Below, one piece after another: positions 1-11,162 of a DNA stretch of 64,000 nt. The stretch's first letter is position 1. Every line of letters starts with the position of its first letter. The position numbers and the translations under genes are program-made. This DNA is from Aulosira sp. ZfuVER01 (GTDB taxonomy: Bacteria; Cyanobacteriota; Cyanobacteriia; Cyanobacteriales; Nostocaceae), in contig JAVRCV020000026.1 in NCBI GenBank assembly GCA_034530615.2, positions 1 to 64,000 on the forward strand, in the 5' to 3' direction. The notes under the pieces were generated by a model, which made no database searches, was not told the DNA's origin, and worked only from the letters and a program-made list of their open reading frames with translations.

Positions 1-52
1 TACCCGTTCATTCTCTCAATATTAGTGTACCTCATTTACCTGCAATTGGCTG

Positions 53-132
53 TATTTGAGTACTCCAAAACGATATTTGAGTACTCCAAAACGATATTTG
101 GGTACTCCAAAACGATATTTGAGTACTCCGAA
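53..132. repeat. 21-bp tandem repeat (TATTTGAGTACTCCAAAACGA, about 4 copies)
   Basis: Units start at 53, 74, 95 and 116, then degenerate; no spacers. Confidence 0.9.
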
Positions 133-248
133 ATGGCAATTGTGACTCCCAAACTGGCAGTTATCGAATTGAGTCAGGACGATATGATGAATATACAGAT
201 ATTCCCAGCAAATAATCTTGAACTGAAGCAGGAATTCATAATTTAACT

Positions 249-1565
249 ATGACTCAACAACCGATACAAGTGATTGGAGGTGGACTAGCTGGAACAGAAG
301 CAGCTTGGCAAATAGCGCAGGCTGGAGTGCCGGTAATTTTGCATGAAATGCGTCCAAATCGCTTTAGTCCTGCTCATCATACAGAACATCTGGCAGAATT
401 AGTGTGTAGTAATTCCTTTGGTGCAATGGCGAGCGATCGCGCTACTGGATTATTACACGAAGAACTCAGGCAGCTTAATTCAATTGTCATTGCCAAAGCC
501 GATGAACACGCGGTTCCGGCTGGTGGGGCTTTAGCTGTAGATAGAGGACAATTTAGCCAAGAGTTAACGGAAACTCTATCTCACCATCCTTTAGTTGAAT
601 TCCGCCGCGGTGAAGTCCCCGCAATTCCTGAAGGTATAGTAGTTTTGGCAACTGGCCCCTTAACTAGTCCTGACTTAGCTGAAGATATCCGCCGTTTAAC
701 AGGGATGGAATACCTGAGCTTTTTCGACGCTGCTAGCCCTATCGTTGTCGGAGAATCGATTAACCGCGATATTGCCTTTATGGCTTCTCGCTATGACAAA
801 GGCGAAGCTGCTTATCTCAACTGTCCCATGAATAAGGAGCAATACCTGCACTTCTGGGAAGAACTGAAAAAAGCCGAACAAACAGAATTGAAGGATTTTG
901 AACGGGAAACAGCAAAATTTTTTGAAGCTTGTCTACCCATCGAAGAACAAGCACTGCGCGGAGAAGATACAATGCGCTATGGCCCCCTTAAGCCAGTAGG
1001 GTTGTCTGATAGTCGCACTGGAGAGCGTCCTTATGCTGTTGTGCAGTTGCGCCAAGAAGACAAAGCCGGTCAACTGTGGAATATGGTAGGGTTTCAAACT
1101 AATTTGCGTTGGGGTGAGCAAAAGCGAGTGTTTCGGTTAATTCCTGGTTTGGAAAATGCAGAATTTGTGCGGTTGGGAGTGATGCACCGCAACACTTTTA
1201 TTAATGCTCCCCAACTGATGCATCCGACTCTGCAATTTAAACAGCGTCCTAACTTATTGGCTGCTGGACAATTGATTGGGACTGAAGGCTACACCGCAGC
1301 AGCAGCGGGTGGTTGCTTGGCAGGAATTAATGCTGCACGAATAGCTTTAGGGAAAGAGGCTCTAACTTTACCAGCAACTACTATGATGGGAGCGTTATTT
1401 GAGTTTATCAGTTCCGCTTCGCCCAAGCACTTCCAACCAATGCCACCTAACTTTGGCATTTTCCCCGAACTAGGTGTGAAAATCAAAAATAAACAAGAGC
1501 GTTACGGACGTTACCGCGATCGCTCTTTGGCTGACTTGGCAAATTGGAAAGCGAATCAGTTATGA
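249..1565 (+). CDS. trmFO: Folate/FAD-dependent tRNA (uracil-5)-methyltransferase TrmFO (Gid)
   Basis: [13 protein letters not shown] motif, [26 protein letters not shown]. Confidence 0.96.
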   Translation: MTQQPIQVIGGGLAGTEAAWQIAQAGVPVILHEMRPNRFSPAHHTEHLAELVCSNSFGAMASDRATGLLHEELRQLNSIVIAKADEHAVPAGGALAVDRGQFSQELTETLSHHPLVEFRRGEVPAIPEGIVVLATGPLTSPDLAEDIRRLTGMEYLSFFDAASPIVVGESINRDIAFMASRYDKGEAAYLNCPMNKEQYLHFWEELKKAEQTELKDFERETAKFFEACLPIEEQALRGEDTMRYGPLKPVGLSDSRTGERPYAVVQLRQEDKAGQLWNMVGFQTNLRWGEQKRVFRLIPGLENAEFVRLGVMHRNTFINAPQLMHPTLQFKQRPNLLAAGQLIGTEGYTAAAAGGCLAGINAARIALGKEALTLPATTMMGALFEFISSASPKHFQPMPPNFGIFPELGVKIKNKQERYGRYRDRSLADLANWKANQL

Positions 1566-1874
1566 CTTATCTGGTTTGCTCTTGTGTTGCTCTGGGATAG
1601 TTGCTAACCCATGTATACCAAGTCCTGTAATTACTCCTCCGATTAATCCCCAAGTCCCATCAGCAAATACATTAATCCGATGAGCTAAAGTCCGATGATA
1701 GGCATAATCTAACTGTCTATCATTTACTTTTTCATCTTTTGCTAGCTTTTCTATGTAATTCTCAGCTTTTCCTAGTGCATCGTAATCCAAAATAAACCAA
1801 TAAAGCGATATACCCACTACTGCTAAACCAGGAATAACTAAAGTAATTAAAAGAATTGCTTTGCGTATATTCAT
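1560..1874 (-). CDS. Small hypothetical membrane protein
   Basis: 104-aa ORF with two hydrophobic segments. Confidence 0.7.
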   Translation of the reverse strand: MNIRKAILLITLVIPGLAVVGISLYWFILDYDALGKAENYIEKLAKDEKVNDRQLDYAYHRTLAHRINVFADGTWGLIGGVITGLGIHGLATIPEQHKSKPDKS

Positions 1875-2172
1875 ATAACTAGTAATTCGTAATTCTACTT
1901 ATTAACTACAAAATATGAATTAACAATTACGAATTATCGTGACATTACTAGGATGTTTATGTTAAAACGTGGCTGACAAACTTGATACATAGCGCATTTG
2001 AGTAGGTGAGCCGGATTTTGCAACTAATCCTGATGGTGTTTGGTTGGAGCGATCGCTTTTGGCAATCTCACACTATGAAAAACTTCACCCACAAAGGTAT
2101 GGAGTTTTTGAGCATGGGGAATGAGGCAGGGGGCATGGGAAAGAGCCACCAATGCCCCCTCCCCAATGCCCC

Positions 2173-2230
2173 AAGTCGGCGGGCGAGTATGCCTCTCCAC
2201 CCAGAAGGAGATGAAGTTTCCCGCCGACTT
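2173..2230. repeat. Small inverted-repeat element (AAGTCGGCGGG ... CCCGCCGACTT)
   Basis: Perfect 11-bp inverted repeat at 2173-2183 and 2220-2230. Confidence 0.6.
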
Positions 2231-2233
2231 TCA

Positions 2234-3433
2234 ATGAGAGCGCCATTTTTTGCAAAGCAGAGATTTTGCTGGTGGAATCTGGCAATTGGCTGGATTCTAT
2301 GTATAATTTTTGTGCTAGTTATTCCTACATTATCAGTACAGGCAGCTACTAACACATCAATTGATACTCTCAAGCAGCAGCAACAACAAGTAAAGCAACA
2401 GCAACAGAGTGTAGTTAAGGAACGCGATCGCTTAAACAATCTGCAAAATGCAGCGCAAAATCGCCTGACAGGAATTAAGCAAAATCTCAAAACTACTGAT
2501 AGTCATATTCAACATAGTGAATTGCAATTAAAACTGGCTGCTGAACGTCTCCAGCAGTTAGAGGCTAATTTAGCAGTCGCGGAACGTTCCTATGAAGAAC
2601 GCCAAGTAGCAACTGTTGCTAGGTTGCGGTTCCTTCAGCGATCGCCTACAAGTCAAGGATGGGGAGTTTTGCTGCAAAGCGAAAATATCAGTGATTTTAT
2701 CAGCCGCCGTCATCAGTTAAAGTTAGTCTACCAAGCAGACCAGCAAATTTTAGTCAAACTCAATCAGCAAGCAAACTCGATTATCCAACAAAAAACCGCA
2801 GTAGAGCAGCAAAAAAACGAAATTGCTTTGATTAGGCAGCAATTACTAGCGCAGAAATCTGATTATCAAGTCCAAGCGCAGTTGCAATCAGAATTGATTC
2901 AACGCCTCAATAGCGATCGCTTGGCCTTAGAAGCTGCGCAAAACCAATTAGAGCAAGATTCCAAAAATTTAGAAGCCTTAATTCAACAAAAGGTAGCAGA
3001 GGCGCAAGCGAAAACCAACAGCAGCAGTAAAAACATTCTCATTCGCGGAACTGGAATGTTCGCATTTCCTAGCGATGCACCTACCAGCAGTCCTTTCGGT
3101 TGGCGAATACACCCGATTCTTGGCTATCGTCGCTTTCATGCTGGACTCGATTTTGCCGCTAGTTATGGTAGTACAATTCGGGCAGCAGATTCAGGAACAG
3201 TAATTTTTGCTGGCTGGTATGGTGGTTATGGTAAAGCTGTAATTATCGACCACGGCGGAGGTATTACCACACTTTACGGTCACACCAGTGAATTGTATGT
3301 TGCTGACGGACAAGGTGTGCAACGCGGACAAGCGATCGCGGCTGTGGGTTCATCTGGCTTATCTACTGGGCCTCACCTGCATTTTGAAGTGCGACGTGAT
3401 GGTACACCTGTAGATCCCGCTAATTATCTTTAA
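2234..3433 (+). CDS. M23 family peptidase / EnvC-like murein hydrolase with coiled coil
   Basis: Hydrophobic N-terminus, Gln-rich coiled coil, HAGLDF and STGPHLHFEV motifs; start uncertain (frame open from 2006). Confidence 0.88.
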   Translation: MRAPFFAKQRFCWWNLAIGWILCIIFVLVIPTLSVQAATNTSIDTLKQQQQQVKQQQQSVVKERDRLNNLQNAAQNRLTGIKQNLKTTDSHIQHSELQLKLAAERLQQLEANLAVAERSYEERQVATVARLRFLQRSPTSQGWGVLLQSENISDFISRRHQLKLVYQADQQILVKLNQQANSIIQQKTAVEQQKNEIALIRQQLLAQKSDYQVQAQLQSELIQRLNSDRLALEAAQNQLEQDSKNLEALIQQKVAEAQAKTNSSSKNILIRGTGMFAFPSDAPTSSPFGWRIHPILGYRRFHAGLDFAASYGSTIRAADSGTVIFAGWYGGYGKAVIIDHGGGITTLYGHTSELYVADGQGVQRGQAIAAVGSSGLSTGPHLHFEVRRDGTPVDPANYL

Positions 3434-3545
3434 CTGGGAGTGTGGGAAGTGTGGGAGAGGGTGGGGAGTGTGGGGAGAAGAAATACTTGACTATTGACTC
3501 TGGACTCTTGACCAATGATAAATGTGTTATAATGCAAAAGATTAA

Positions 3546-3618
3546 GGGCGCGTGGCTCAGTGGATAGAGCAACAGATTCCGGTTCTGTGGGTCGGGGGTT
3601 CAAATCCCTCCGCGCTCG
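3546..3618 (+). tRNA. tRNA-Arg (anticodon CCG)
   Basis: Acceptor stem GGGCGCG/CGCGCTC, anticodon arm ACAGA-TTCCGGT-TCTGT, T-arm GGTTCAAATCC; CCA not encoded. Confidence 0.96.
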
Positions 3619-3725
3619 TTATTTACAAAAGTAACTACAAAAACGAGAGTTCATTTTCTCTCGTCTCAATCTAAATTGATCCCAAAACAACTAAAAAGGG
3701 GTAGGTAGTTGGCTTAAGAGAAACT

Positions 3726-4301
3726 CTATCTTTTAAGCTCCTTGTTGCTAGGAACGCCCCAAAAATAGTAATCCGCTTGATAATTAACTTTAACCTCGCG
3801 TTTGGCGTGGGCGCGATCGCAGCCTTGAGTTGGGGCTTTACCGCCAACTGTATGCAAACGCTGTATCCAATTTACTTGGCTGAAGATACCATTACCTTGA
3901 TGCGATCGCCCCTCCAACAGCAACCAGGGAATTGTAGTGGTTTGCGGTGCATTAGCTTTAGCTTTTAGTTGACCGATGACTTTACTACCATCATTCGATT
4001 CCCAGGTAGGCCCAGCATAATGTTTGCCTAGTGGTTGTCCTTGCTCATTGAACAATACTGCATCTGGAGCCTTCAGCGTCCACTCGAAAGCATCGAGATT
4101 CTCTGGCTTAAGTTTGCAAACATATATTTGTGAACCTTTAGCCGATGCTTTGAACAGAAGGCTTTGGCCTGGCGGAACTTGCAGGTTTGTAGGCACATCT
4201 GATGAAGTGGTCGATGGGGTTTGGGCGTGGGTGTTACCAGCACTCAACCCAAAGAGTACGAGCAAGAGACTGATATTCAGGAAATAAGTTTTGTTCATCA
4301 C
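3726..4301 (-). CDS. Secreted DUF3455-like protein
   Basis: Signal peptide; GSQIYVC, HYAGPTW, IPWLLL, TVGGKAP and YQADYYF motifs. Confidence 0.8.
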   Translation of the reverse strand: MMNKTYFLNISLLLVLFGLSAGNTHAQTPSTTSSDVPTNLQVPPGQSLLFKASAKGSQIYVCKLKPENLDAFEWTLKAPDAVLFNEQGQPLGKHYAGPTWESNDGSKVIGQLKAKANAPQTTTIPWLLLEGRSHQGNGIFSQVNWIQRLHTVGGKAPTQGCDRAHAKREVKVNYQADYYFWGVPSNKELKR

Positions 4302-4465
4302 AATTTTCCTTCAATATGACCTCATAGTTCCTGGATTCTAGGATCTGGAAAAGAGAAAAACATCTGAACAAAGTCTTAAAATCACCCTAAAAAAATAGAT
4401 AAATTATTTACAACTTTCGTTGAGTGATTAGTAAATGGTTGGGCTAAAAGTAGTGAAGAAACTGC

Positions 4466-5815
4466 TTATATTTCATTAGCCCTGAGCCTTTGTAAGAACT
4501 GTGCCACCTCTTTGCGAGGTTCCCGATTTAGTCTCAACTCAATGAGGGTAGTTGTAAACGGCCAGAAAAGCTTGACTTTGGACTCGCGCAGTAAGTATGA
4601 GATATCCATTTGTGCATCCCATTCACCGAAATTCTTGATTCCTAGGTAGTCGATTAACTGCGAACCGGAGGATGCAATTACACGCATTACCAAATTTGGC
4701 ATATCCGTTGGTTGCAGTAAATTATGTGGATTCAGAATACCATTCAGGTTGACGTAGAAACAGCGGAGGCTTTTATCACCACTATATGTATGCACGTTTA
4801 CACCAAAATTCTCAATTCCTTGGAATTCATCATTACCTTGGGTAAATATCTGAAGGTAGTAGTCAGGAATAGGATCGTCGCGTTCGTCCACTGCACGAAC
4901 GATAAACTGTTGCCAAGGGTTAATATCCTTCGGTGTGAGTTGATCGCTAGTTTTTTTATACCAATCCTGAATGTTCTGTTCGGCGGAGAATTGCAGCGCT
5001 TCACAGACCGCATCCACCAGTTCAGTGCTAGGATTGCTCATAATTGTGTTGTGGTTTAACCCCTTCACCAGTACTGTGGGCGCGATACCATTGTTGCTGG
5101 AACCATCAAAATCGATTCGCTGACCCTGCTGCGGCTGCTTTGTGAGGTCAAGTACTATTTTGCGGGTATTTAAAGCACATCCTGCCCAACGCACAGTACC
5201 ATCAGTACCAGGATCGCTGACAAATTTAGCTAGTCCGCTATATGGGTTTGTACCACAGAAGGTGAAGACGTAAGGCGTATCGGTTTTCGTCCCATAGAAT
5301 GTTTCACTGCTAAATAAGTCTTTGTGTGCTAGATCCCAAGTAAATCTGCTTCCTAATTCCAAGCCATCCAGCACCTGATCTCCTGCTTCTAGAAAGTCGG
5401 GGCCAAATTCTTTATTTCCCTTGAACATTGCACCTAGCCAACTGCGTCCCTTATGAGCTAAGGGAGAACCGAAAGTTGCAGGTGCTAGTCCAATCAAGTG
5501 TTTGAGTCGATTGCGTCGCTTACTGGAGTAGGTAGTCAACCAAGAACGAATTACTAGCATTCCAGTTGAATGAACGATCGCATCAAACTCTTGATCGGGC
5601 CCTAAACCAGCATCTATAGATAATGCGCGATCGAAGCCTTCGGCGATATCTTTGATTGTTACTTCGTTAGTTAGCGTTACATAACTACAAATATGGATAG
5701 TCGAAACATCATAGCCACGTGCTTCTAGCCTCTGTTCCCACACTTTAAAAGATTCGCCTGAAGCAGAGTAGCCATGAATCAGGACAATGGGATTTCTTGT
5801 GGAATCGCTAACCAT
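4466..5815 (-). CDS. Alpha/beta hydrolase (esterase/lipase-like)
   Basis: LIHGYS oxyanion motif, VHSTG nucleophile elbow, APATFGSPLA, DGTV. Confidence 0.8.
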   Translation of the reverse strand: MVSDSTRNPIVLIHGYSASGESFKVWEQRLEARGYDVSTIHICSYVTLTNEVTIKDIAEGFDRALSIDAGLGPDQEFDAIVHSTGMLVIRSWLTTYSSKRRNRLKHLIGLAPATFGSPLAHKGRSWLGAMFKGNKEFGPDFLEAGDQVLDGLELGSRFTWDLAHKDLFSSETFYGTKTDTPYVFTFCGTNPYSGLAKFVSDPGTDGTVRWAGCALNTRKIVLDLTKQPQQGQRIDFDGSSNNGIAPTVLVKGLNHNTIMSNPSTELVDAVCEALQFSAEQNIQDWYKKTSDQLTPKDINPWQQFIVRAVDERDDPIPDYYLQIFTQGNDEFQGIENFGVNVHTYSGDKSLRCFYVNLNGILNPHNLLQPTDMPNLVMRVIASSGSQLIDYLGIKNFGEWDAQMDISYLLRESKVKLFWPFTTTLIELRLNREPRKEVAQFLQRLRANEI

Positions 5816-6109
5816 ATACTTTTCTTAGATAATCTTGAATATGCTGAAGCAACTATACGCAAATGCACATTATCTCAGGTTTAATTTGCAACCTGCCTTT
5901 AACTTTGAAAAACTTAGGATACCTTATGCGTCATATTTCATTTTTCAAATAATCTTGTGCTATCGTAATTGGCAAGCGAAGTACAGCTTTGCATTTCTAG
6001 CTTTTTTAAACGCAAAGGAACGCAGAGTCAGTGCGGAGTAATACAGAGTTTTTCTTGGGAAATCTTGTACTAAGCATTTAACTTTCAAATTATTTATCTA
6101 GGTAAATCA

Positions 6110-6898
6110 ATGGATTTGCCAAATATTCAAACTTATTTAAGTCCTGATGATGTTGAAAATATTAATAACTGGAGTCATGATTGGGCTTGGTTGGCGGGGG
6201 GAACGTGGCTATTTTCGGAACCGCAACCACAGCTAAAAGTTCTAGTAGATATACAGCGTTTAGGATGGTCAGAGATTGAAGTTCAAGGAGATTCTTTAAT
6301 TATTGGGGCGACCTGTCCGTTAATTAAATTATTAGAATATCCTTGGTTAGGAGAATGGACAGCAGTTGAGGGGTTAAAAAGTGCTGTTTCTGCACTAGTA
6401 GCTTCATTAAAAGTAATTAATGTGGCGACTGTCGGCGGAAATATTTGTTTAGCTTTATCGGTGGGAACTTTAGCACCTTTAATGATAGCTTTAAATGCAA
6501 GTTACGAAATTTTGAATTTGCGGAGAGAGTCACATCAAGTTGCAGCCAAAGACTTTCAAATTGGTTCTCGCCAAACAATTTTACAACCAGGAGAAATTCT
6601 CAGGCGGGTTTTAATTCCATTACCTAATTTAAAATGGCAAGTTAATTATCAACGCTTGAGTATAGCCGCAACCGATCCGGCTTTGGCAATTGTTGTCACT
6701 GCTAAGAATCATCAACAAGTCCGTTGTGTAATTGCGGCGAGTGTTGCTGCACCCCGCTTGCTAGAAGTTGATAATATAGAATTTTTGGAAAGACAATATA
6801 TTACTCTTTTAGAAAGAGTAACTTTTATCGAAGATGCTAGAGCTAGTGCTAAATATCGCCAGGAAATGACAGCAGTTTTAATCAAGCGCTCACTATAA
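6110..6898 (+). CDS. Xanthine dehydrogenase-family FAD-binding subunit
   Basis: AGGT and NVATVGGN motifs; directly upstream of the Mo subunit. Confidence 0.87.
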   Translation: MDLPNIQTYLSPDDVENINNWSHDWAWLAGGTWLFSEPQPQLKVLVDIQRLGWSEIEVQGDSLIIGATCPLIKLLEYPWLGEWTAVEGLKSAVSALVASLKVINVATVGGNICLALSVGTLAPLMIALNASYEILNLRRESHQVAAKDFQIGSRQTILQPGEILRRVLIPLPNLKWQVNYQRLSIAATDPALAIVVTAKNHQQVRCVIAASVAAPRLLEVDNIEFLERQYITLLERVTFIEDARASAKYRQEMTAVLIKRSL

Positions 6899-6914
6899 TA
6901 ATTTAAAATTTAAT

Positions 6915-9563
6915 ATGCTAGAACCGTTAAAATTTCATGTTAATAATCAAACTTACACAGAAATTTGTCAGCCGGGAAGCAGCCTGTTAAGTTTATTACG
7001 TCAATTAGGCTATTTTGGCGTACATCGTGTTTGCGATTCTGGTGATTGTGGCGCTTGTACTGTTTGGGTAAATGACACACCAATTCACAGTTGTATTTAC
7101 CCTGCGATGCGAATTGCTAATAAATCGGTAACGACAATTGAAGGAATTTCGCAAAATGGAGAACTTGCACCAATACAACAAGCATTTTTGACTGCGCAGG
7201 GTTTTCAATGTGGTTTCTGCACTCCTGGGATGATTATGAGTGCGGCTAAGTTACCGGAGTTATCAGAAGATGAATTACGGTTGGCTTTAAAAGGTAATCT
7301 CTGTAGATGTACAGGTTATCAGGCGATTGTTGAGAGTATTCTGCAATATTATCAACCGCCGATGAACACGGATGAAAACAGATGTAATATTAGTGTTTGC
7401 AATTCTGTAGAGTCTGTGGGAAAAAGCATTCCCAAACAAGATGGTACAGCAATTGTCACGGGGAAAGCATCATATACAGCAGATATTGCACCACCTGGGT
7501 TACTACATCTTAAAGTACTGCGATCGCCTTATGCTCATGCTCGTATCCGCAACATCGATACTGCAAAAGCGAAAGCACTTCCTGGTGTAGTGGCGATTTT
7601 CACCCACGAAGATGTCCCCAGAATACCTTACACCACCGCCGGTCATGCTGAACCAGTACCCGATCCGCTAGATCGTTACTTATTAGATAATAAAGTAAGA
7701 TTTGTAGGCGATCGCGTGGCAGCTGTGGTTGCAGAATCACCCAGTATTGCTGAAGAAGCTTGTGAATTAATTGCCGTCGATTACGAAATCTTACCCCACA
7801 TTCTCGACCCTGAGCAAGCAATGAACGGTGGAGTCGTGATTCACGATGAACCAGAATCAACCCAAATACCTGATAGAGATCGCAACATTTCTGGCAAAAT
7901 ATTTCTCGAATCTGGTGATGTAGAACAGGGATTTAAACAAGCAGCTTTAATTGTCGAAAATATCTATAATTTACCAGCAGTTCAACACGTCCACCTGGAA
8001 CCTCACGTAACTATTACTTGGTTAGAAGCTGATGGTACTTTAGTTGTGCGTTCCAGTACTCAAGTACCATTTCACTGTCAAAGGTTACTCTCGCAAATAT
8101 TCAACTTACCTAAAGATAAAATCCGAGTTTATAAAGCACATCTGGGTGGTGGCTTTGGGAATAAACAAGAAATTTTATCAGAAGATTTGTGTGTATTAGC
8201 AACTTTACGCACAGGTAAACCCGTACAGTGGGAATTTACGAGAAAAGAAGAATTTACTGCCACTAATAGCCGCCATGCGATGAAAATTAAAATTAAAACT
8301 GGCGTGAAAGCAGATGGTACAATTGTTGCCCAAGATATGGAAGTAATTGGCAATACAGGTGCTTATGGCAATCATGGACAAACAGTGGTATTTTTATCAG
8401 GTTATATACCTTTAGGTTTATATCGTTGTGCCAATAAAAGATTTCAAGGTTTTGCCGTTTATACAAATACAATGACTGCGGGTGCATTTCGCGGTTATGG
8501 TGCAACTCAAGGCACCTTTGCAATGGAATGTCAAATCGATGAAATTGCCCAAAAATTAAATATTGACCGCGTAGAGATGCGTTGTAAAAACTTAATTCGT
8601 GCTGGAGATATCATTAATTTAGGCAACGCTGATAGCCACTTTAACTTAATTGGTAGCTACGCAGTTCAAGAATGCTGGGAAAAAGTTATCCAATCACTAG
8701 GGTATGTTGCTAACACACCAGCAATCATAGAAGGTTCGCGCCGTCGTAGTGTCGGTTTTGCCGTTTCTATGCAAGGAAGTGGTTTATGTAAAATCCACGT
8801 TGCAAGTGTGAAATTATCTTTGTTACCTGATGGCAAATATGAATTAAGAACAGGTAGCGTCGATGTTGGTACAGGTTCAGATACAACATTACGCCAAATA
8901 GCGGCAGAAGTTTTAAATGTCAGCTTTGCCGATATTCATATCATTTCCGGTGATACCCAAGAAACACCTTTTGATGCAGGTTCTTATGCTTCTGCAACAG
9001 TTTATATTTCTGGACAAGCTGTTAAGCTAGCAGCCGAAAAACTTCTTTCTACAAATGAAACCAGCGTTGAAGTTACTTATACAGCAGATGAATCAACTTT
9101 AACTTTTGCTGTACAAGGTGTAGAAGTAGAAGTTGATATTGAAACAGGCAAAGTTCAAGTTTTACGATGCGTACAAGCCATTGATTTAGGTAAAGCCATA
9201 AATCCGCGTATGTGCTACGGACAAGCAACCGGTGGTATAGCAATGGGAATTGGCTATGCGTTAACCGAAGAATTATTATTTAACGAACAAGGACAAATTC
9301 TTAACCCCACATTGCGCCAGTATCGCATCCCCACCGCCGCAGATATGCCACCAATGGAAGTAATTTTAGTCGAAGCCGCCGATCCTTACGGGCCATTTGG
9401 TGCAAAAGGTGTGGGAGAAATTACCACCAATTGTACAGCCCCAGCCATTGCCAATGCGATCGCCCACGCCACAGGATGCAGAATTCGCCAACTCCCCATG
9501 ACACCAGAAAGAATTTTCAAAGAATTCAAAATTAAAAATTCAAAATCTAGCGTTGCAGAATAG
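6915..9563 (+). CDS. Xanthine dehydrogenase-family fused 2Fe-2S + molybdopterin subunit
   Basis: CDSGDCGAC, QCGFC and NLCRCTGY FeS motifs; GGGFG, AFRGYG and GAKGVGE Moco-domain motifs. Confidence 0.92.
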   Translation: MLEPLKFHVNNQTYTEICQPGSSLLSLLRQLGYFGVHRVCDSGDCGACTVWVNDTPIHSCIYPAMRIANKSVTTIEGISQNGELAPIQQAFLTAQGFQCGFCTPGMIMSAAKLPELSEDELRLALKGNLCRCTGYQAIVESILQYYQPPMNTDENRCNISVCNSVESVGKSIPKQDGTAIVTGKASYTADIAPPGLLHLKVLRSPYAHARIRNIDTAKAKALPGVVAIFTHEDVPRIPYTTAGHAEPVPDPLDRYLLDNKVRFVGDRVAAVVAESPSIAEEACELIAVDYEILPHILDPEQAMNGGVVIHDEPESTQIPDRDRNISGKIFLESGDVEQGFKQAALIVENIYNLPAVQHVHLEPHVTITWLEADGTLVVRSSTQVPFHCQRLLSQIFNLPKDKIRVYKAHLGGGFGNKQEILSEDLCVLATLRTGKPVQWEFTRKEEFTATNSRHAMKIKIKTGVKADGTIVAQDMEVIGNTGAYGNHGQTVVFLSGYIPLGLYRCANKRFQGFAVYTNTMTAGAFRGYGATQGTFAMECQIDEIAQKLNIDRVEMRCKNLIRAGDIINLGNADSHFNLIGSYAVQECWEKVIQSLGYVANTPAIIEGSRRRSVGFAVSMQGSGLCKIHVASVKLSLLPDGKYELRTGSVDVGTGSDTTLRQIAAEVLNVSFADIHIISGDTQETPFDAGSYASATVYISGQAVKLAAEKLLSTNETSVEVTYTADESTLTFAVQGVEVEVDIETGKVQVLRCVQAIDLGKAINPRMCYGQATGGIAMGIGYALTEELLFNEQGQILNPTLRQYRIPTAADMPPMEVILVEAADPYGPFGAKGVGEITTNCTAPAIANAIAHATGCRIRQLPMTPERIFKEFKIKNSKSSVAE

Positions 9564-9689
9564 AAATATGAATTAGAGTGCTCGCGCTGCGCGGATTGCC
9601 CTCAGAAAAATACCTCTTTCTGTCAAACACTTTCTTGCATACAACACTAAACATGAATAAAATAAGGGTGAGGCTATTGGAGACACATT

Positions 9690-9848
9690 ATGCCTACTGT
9701 TTATCTAAAAGGCGGAGAGACTGTAGAGGTTAGTCTAGAAGAGCTAGAAGATTACCTTTATAAAAATCAAGAGCGTATTGAGATTCGTCGCAAGAAACTG
9801 CGTAGACCCCCAGTAGATAATGCTACAGCCTCTGTTAGCAGTAAATAA
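9690..9848 (+). CDS. Small hypothetical protein (52 aa, MPTVYLKGGETVEVSLEELEDYLYKNQ...)
   Basis: ATG with upstream GGAG; below the ORF-track length cutoff; translated by hand. Confidence 0.55.
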   Translation: MPTVYLKGGETVEVSLEELEDYLYKNQERIEIRRKKLRRPPVDNATASVSSK

Positions 9849-10110
9849 TTATCGTTACGTTAGGCAAATATTCTGCTTCAAAATCGCCATTAGCTAGTTG
9901 CTCTTGAGTTTTAGCAAAGTAAACATCACAACCTGTAAAAATTCTGTAGTCCGTAATCGGATTATCTTTTGGTGATTGGATGTATTCTTGTTCCGATCCT
10001 AACTCGGCATAAGCATAAAGACCCCGTTTCCCTTTAATCTCACCGTAGACACAACCATTAGCACAAGCTGCCTGAAATTCTTCGCGTGTGGCCTTTATTC
10101 TTAGTGTCAT
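9835..10110 (-). CDS. Hypothetical protein
   Basis: 91-aa ORF with GAGGA upstream. Confidence 0.6.
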   Translation of the reverse strand: MTLRIKATREEFQAACANGCVYGEIKGKRGLYAYAELGSEQEYIQSPKDNPITDYRIFTGCDVYFAKTQEQLANGDFEAEYLPNVTIIIYC

Positions 10111-10538
10111 TGTTTATCCTCATAAGTAACTAGAGGAAACATCACAGACCACTACAAACGCATTTACTTCATTTAGAAGGCATAGGGTTTCCAAGGAGCT
10201 TAACCTCGGACTATAATTAAATTGGGTCATTTTAGACTCCATTAATTTAAGAAAAATTTGGCGGCTTGCTTTCTAGCTGTAGCCGTCGTGCATAAAACCT
10301 AAAGGGGTCATCGTTGGCGCGATGGCCTCTTTCTGTATGATAAAGACATGAATTAAATTTGACAACTGGTTTTTTGTAAAAATTGCTGATTTGATAAAAA
10401 CTGAAGATGCCTCGAACGCTTACCCAGCAGTGTATACACAAAATGAGGTTTTATCCCTAAGTTAATACAATTAAAATATACATTAAAATATAACAGAACT
10501 GCGGCACCTAGTGCAGGGGTTTATATTAAAGCAACAAT

Positions 10539-11060
10539 ATGCAGGATAATTATATGTCAACCCAGGAAAGCTCTCAAATTAAAAGAGAAAGTATTCCAGA
10601 CGTTAAAAACCGCCCAGATTCAGTGATGTTTGTTCACAACCTGGTTGATGAGTATGGCTTAGATCCTTATGAGTTTCGGATCTATGCTCATGCAGTTCGT
10701 AGAACAGGAGGCAAGCCAGATGGTAAGTATTTTGCTAGCCTAAGTAAGACAGCAGAAATCTGCAAGATGAGTGTTCGCAAAGCCCAGTATGCACTCAAGT
10801 TTCTTTGCGAGGCAGGTTTTTTAACGCAGGAAAAGCGTAAGGGGCGGACAGATCAGTATAGAATGACCCACAGTCGTGAGTGGGCAAAGCCAGAAGATTT
10901 AGAAGCAATACGAGAAAGAGTTACAGGTGTTAAAAGAAAAAAGTCCAAGAACAAGCGTCAGTCAGCTACATCACAATCTTCATTAACCAAACAATCCCAT
11001 GAAATAGACGTAATCAGTCCACTCAATAGTGAGAATGATGTGATTGCGTTTAATACATAG
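10539..11060 (+). CDS. Winged HTH protein resembling plasmid/phage replication-initiator N-termini
   Basis: LDPYEFRIY...FASLSKTAEICKMSVRKAQYALKFLCEAGFL pattern. Confidence 0.65.
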   Translation: MQDNYMSTQESSQIKRESIPDVKNRPDSVMFVHNLVDEYGLDPYEFRIYAHAVRRTGGKPDGKYFASLSKTAEICKMSVRKAQYALKFLCEAGFLTQEKRKGRTDQYRMTHSREWAKPEDLEAIRERVTGVKRKKSKNKRQSATSQSSLTKQSHEIDVISPLNSENDVIAFNT

Positions 11061-11162
11061 TTGTTAATGTTGAGAAGATTGCTAAGTTTACAACGATATA
11101 AAAACGACTAGAGTGCGATTGGTTTAACTTAATAAATTATCCGATATCAACAATAATTTTAG

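Noticed and set aside
25..246. 73-aa ORF with FEYSKTI repeats
   Set aside because: By-product of the 21-bp tandem array; no other coding evidence
3546..5815. tRNA-anchored integrative element
   Set aside because: No integrase and no duplicated tRNA 3' end seen in the window
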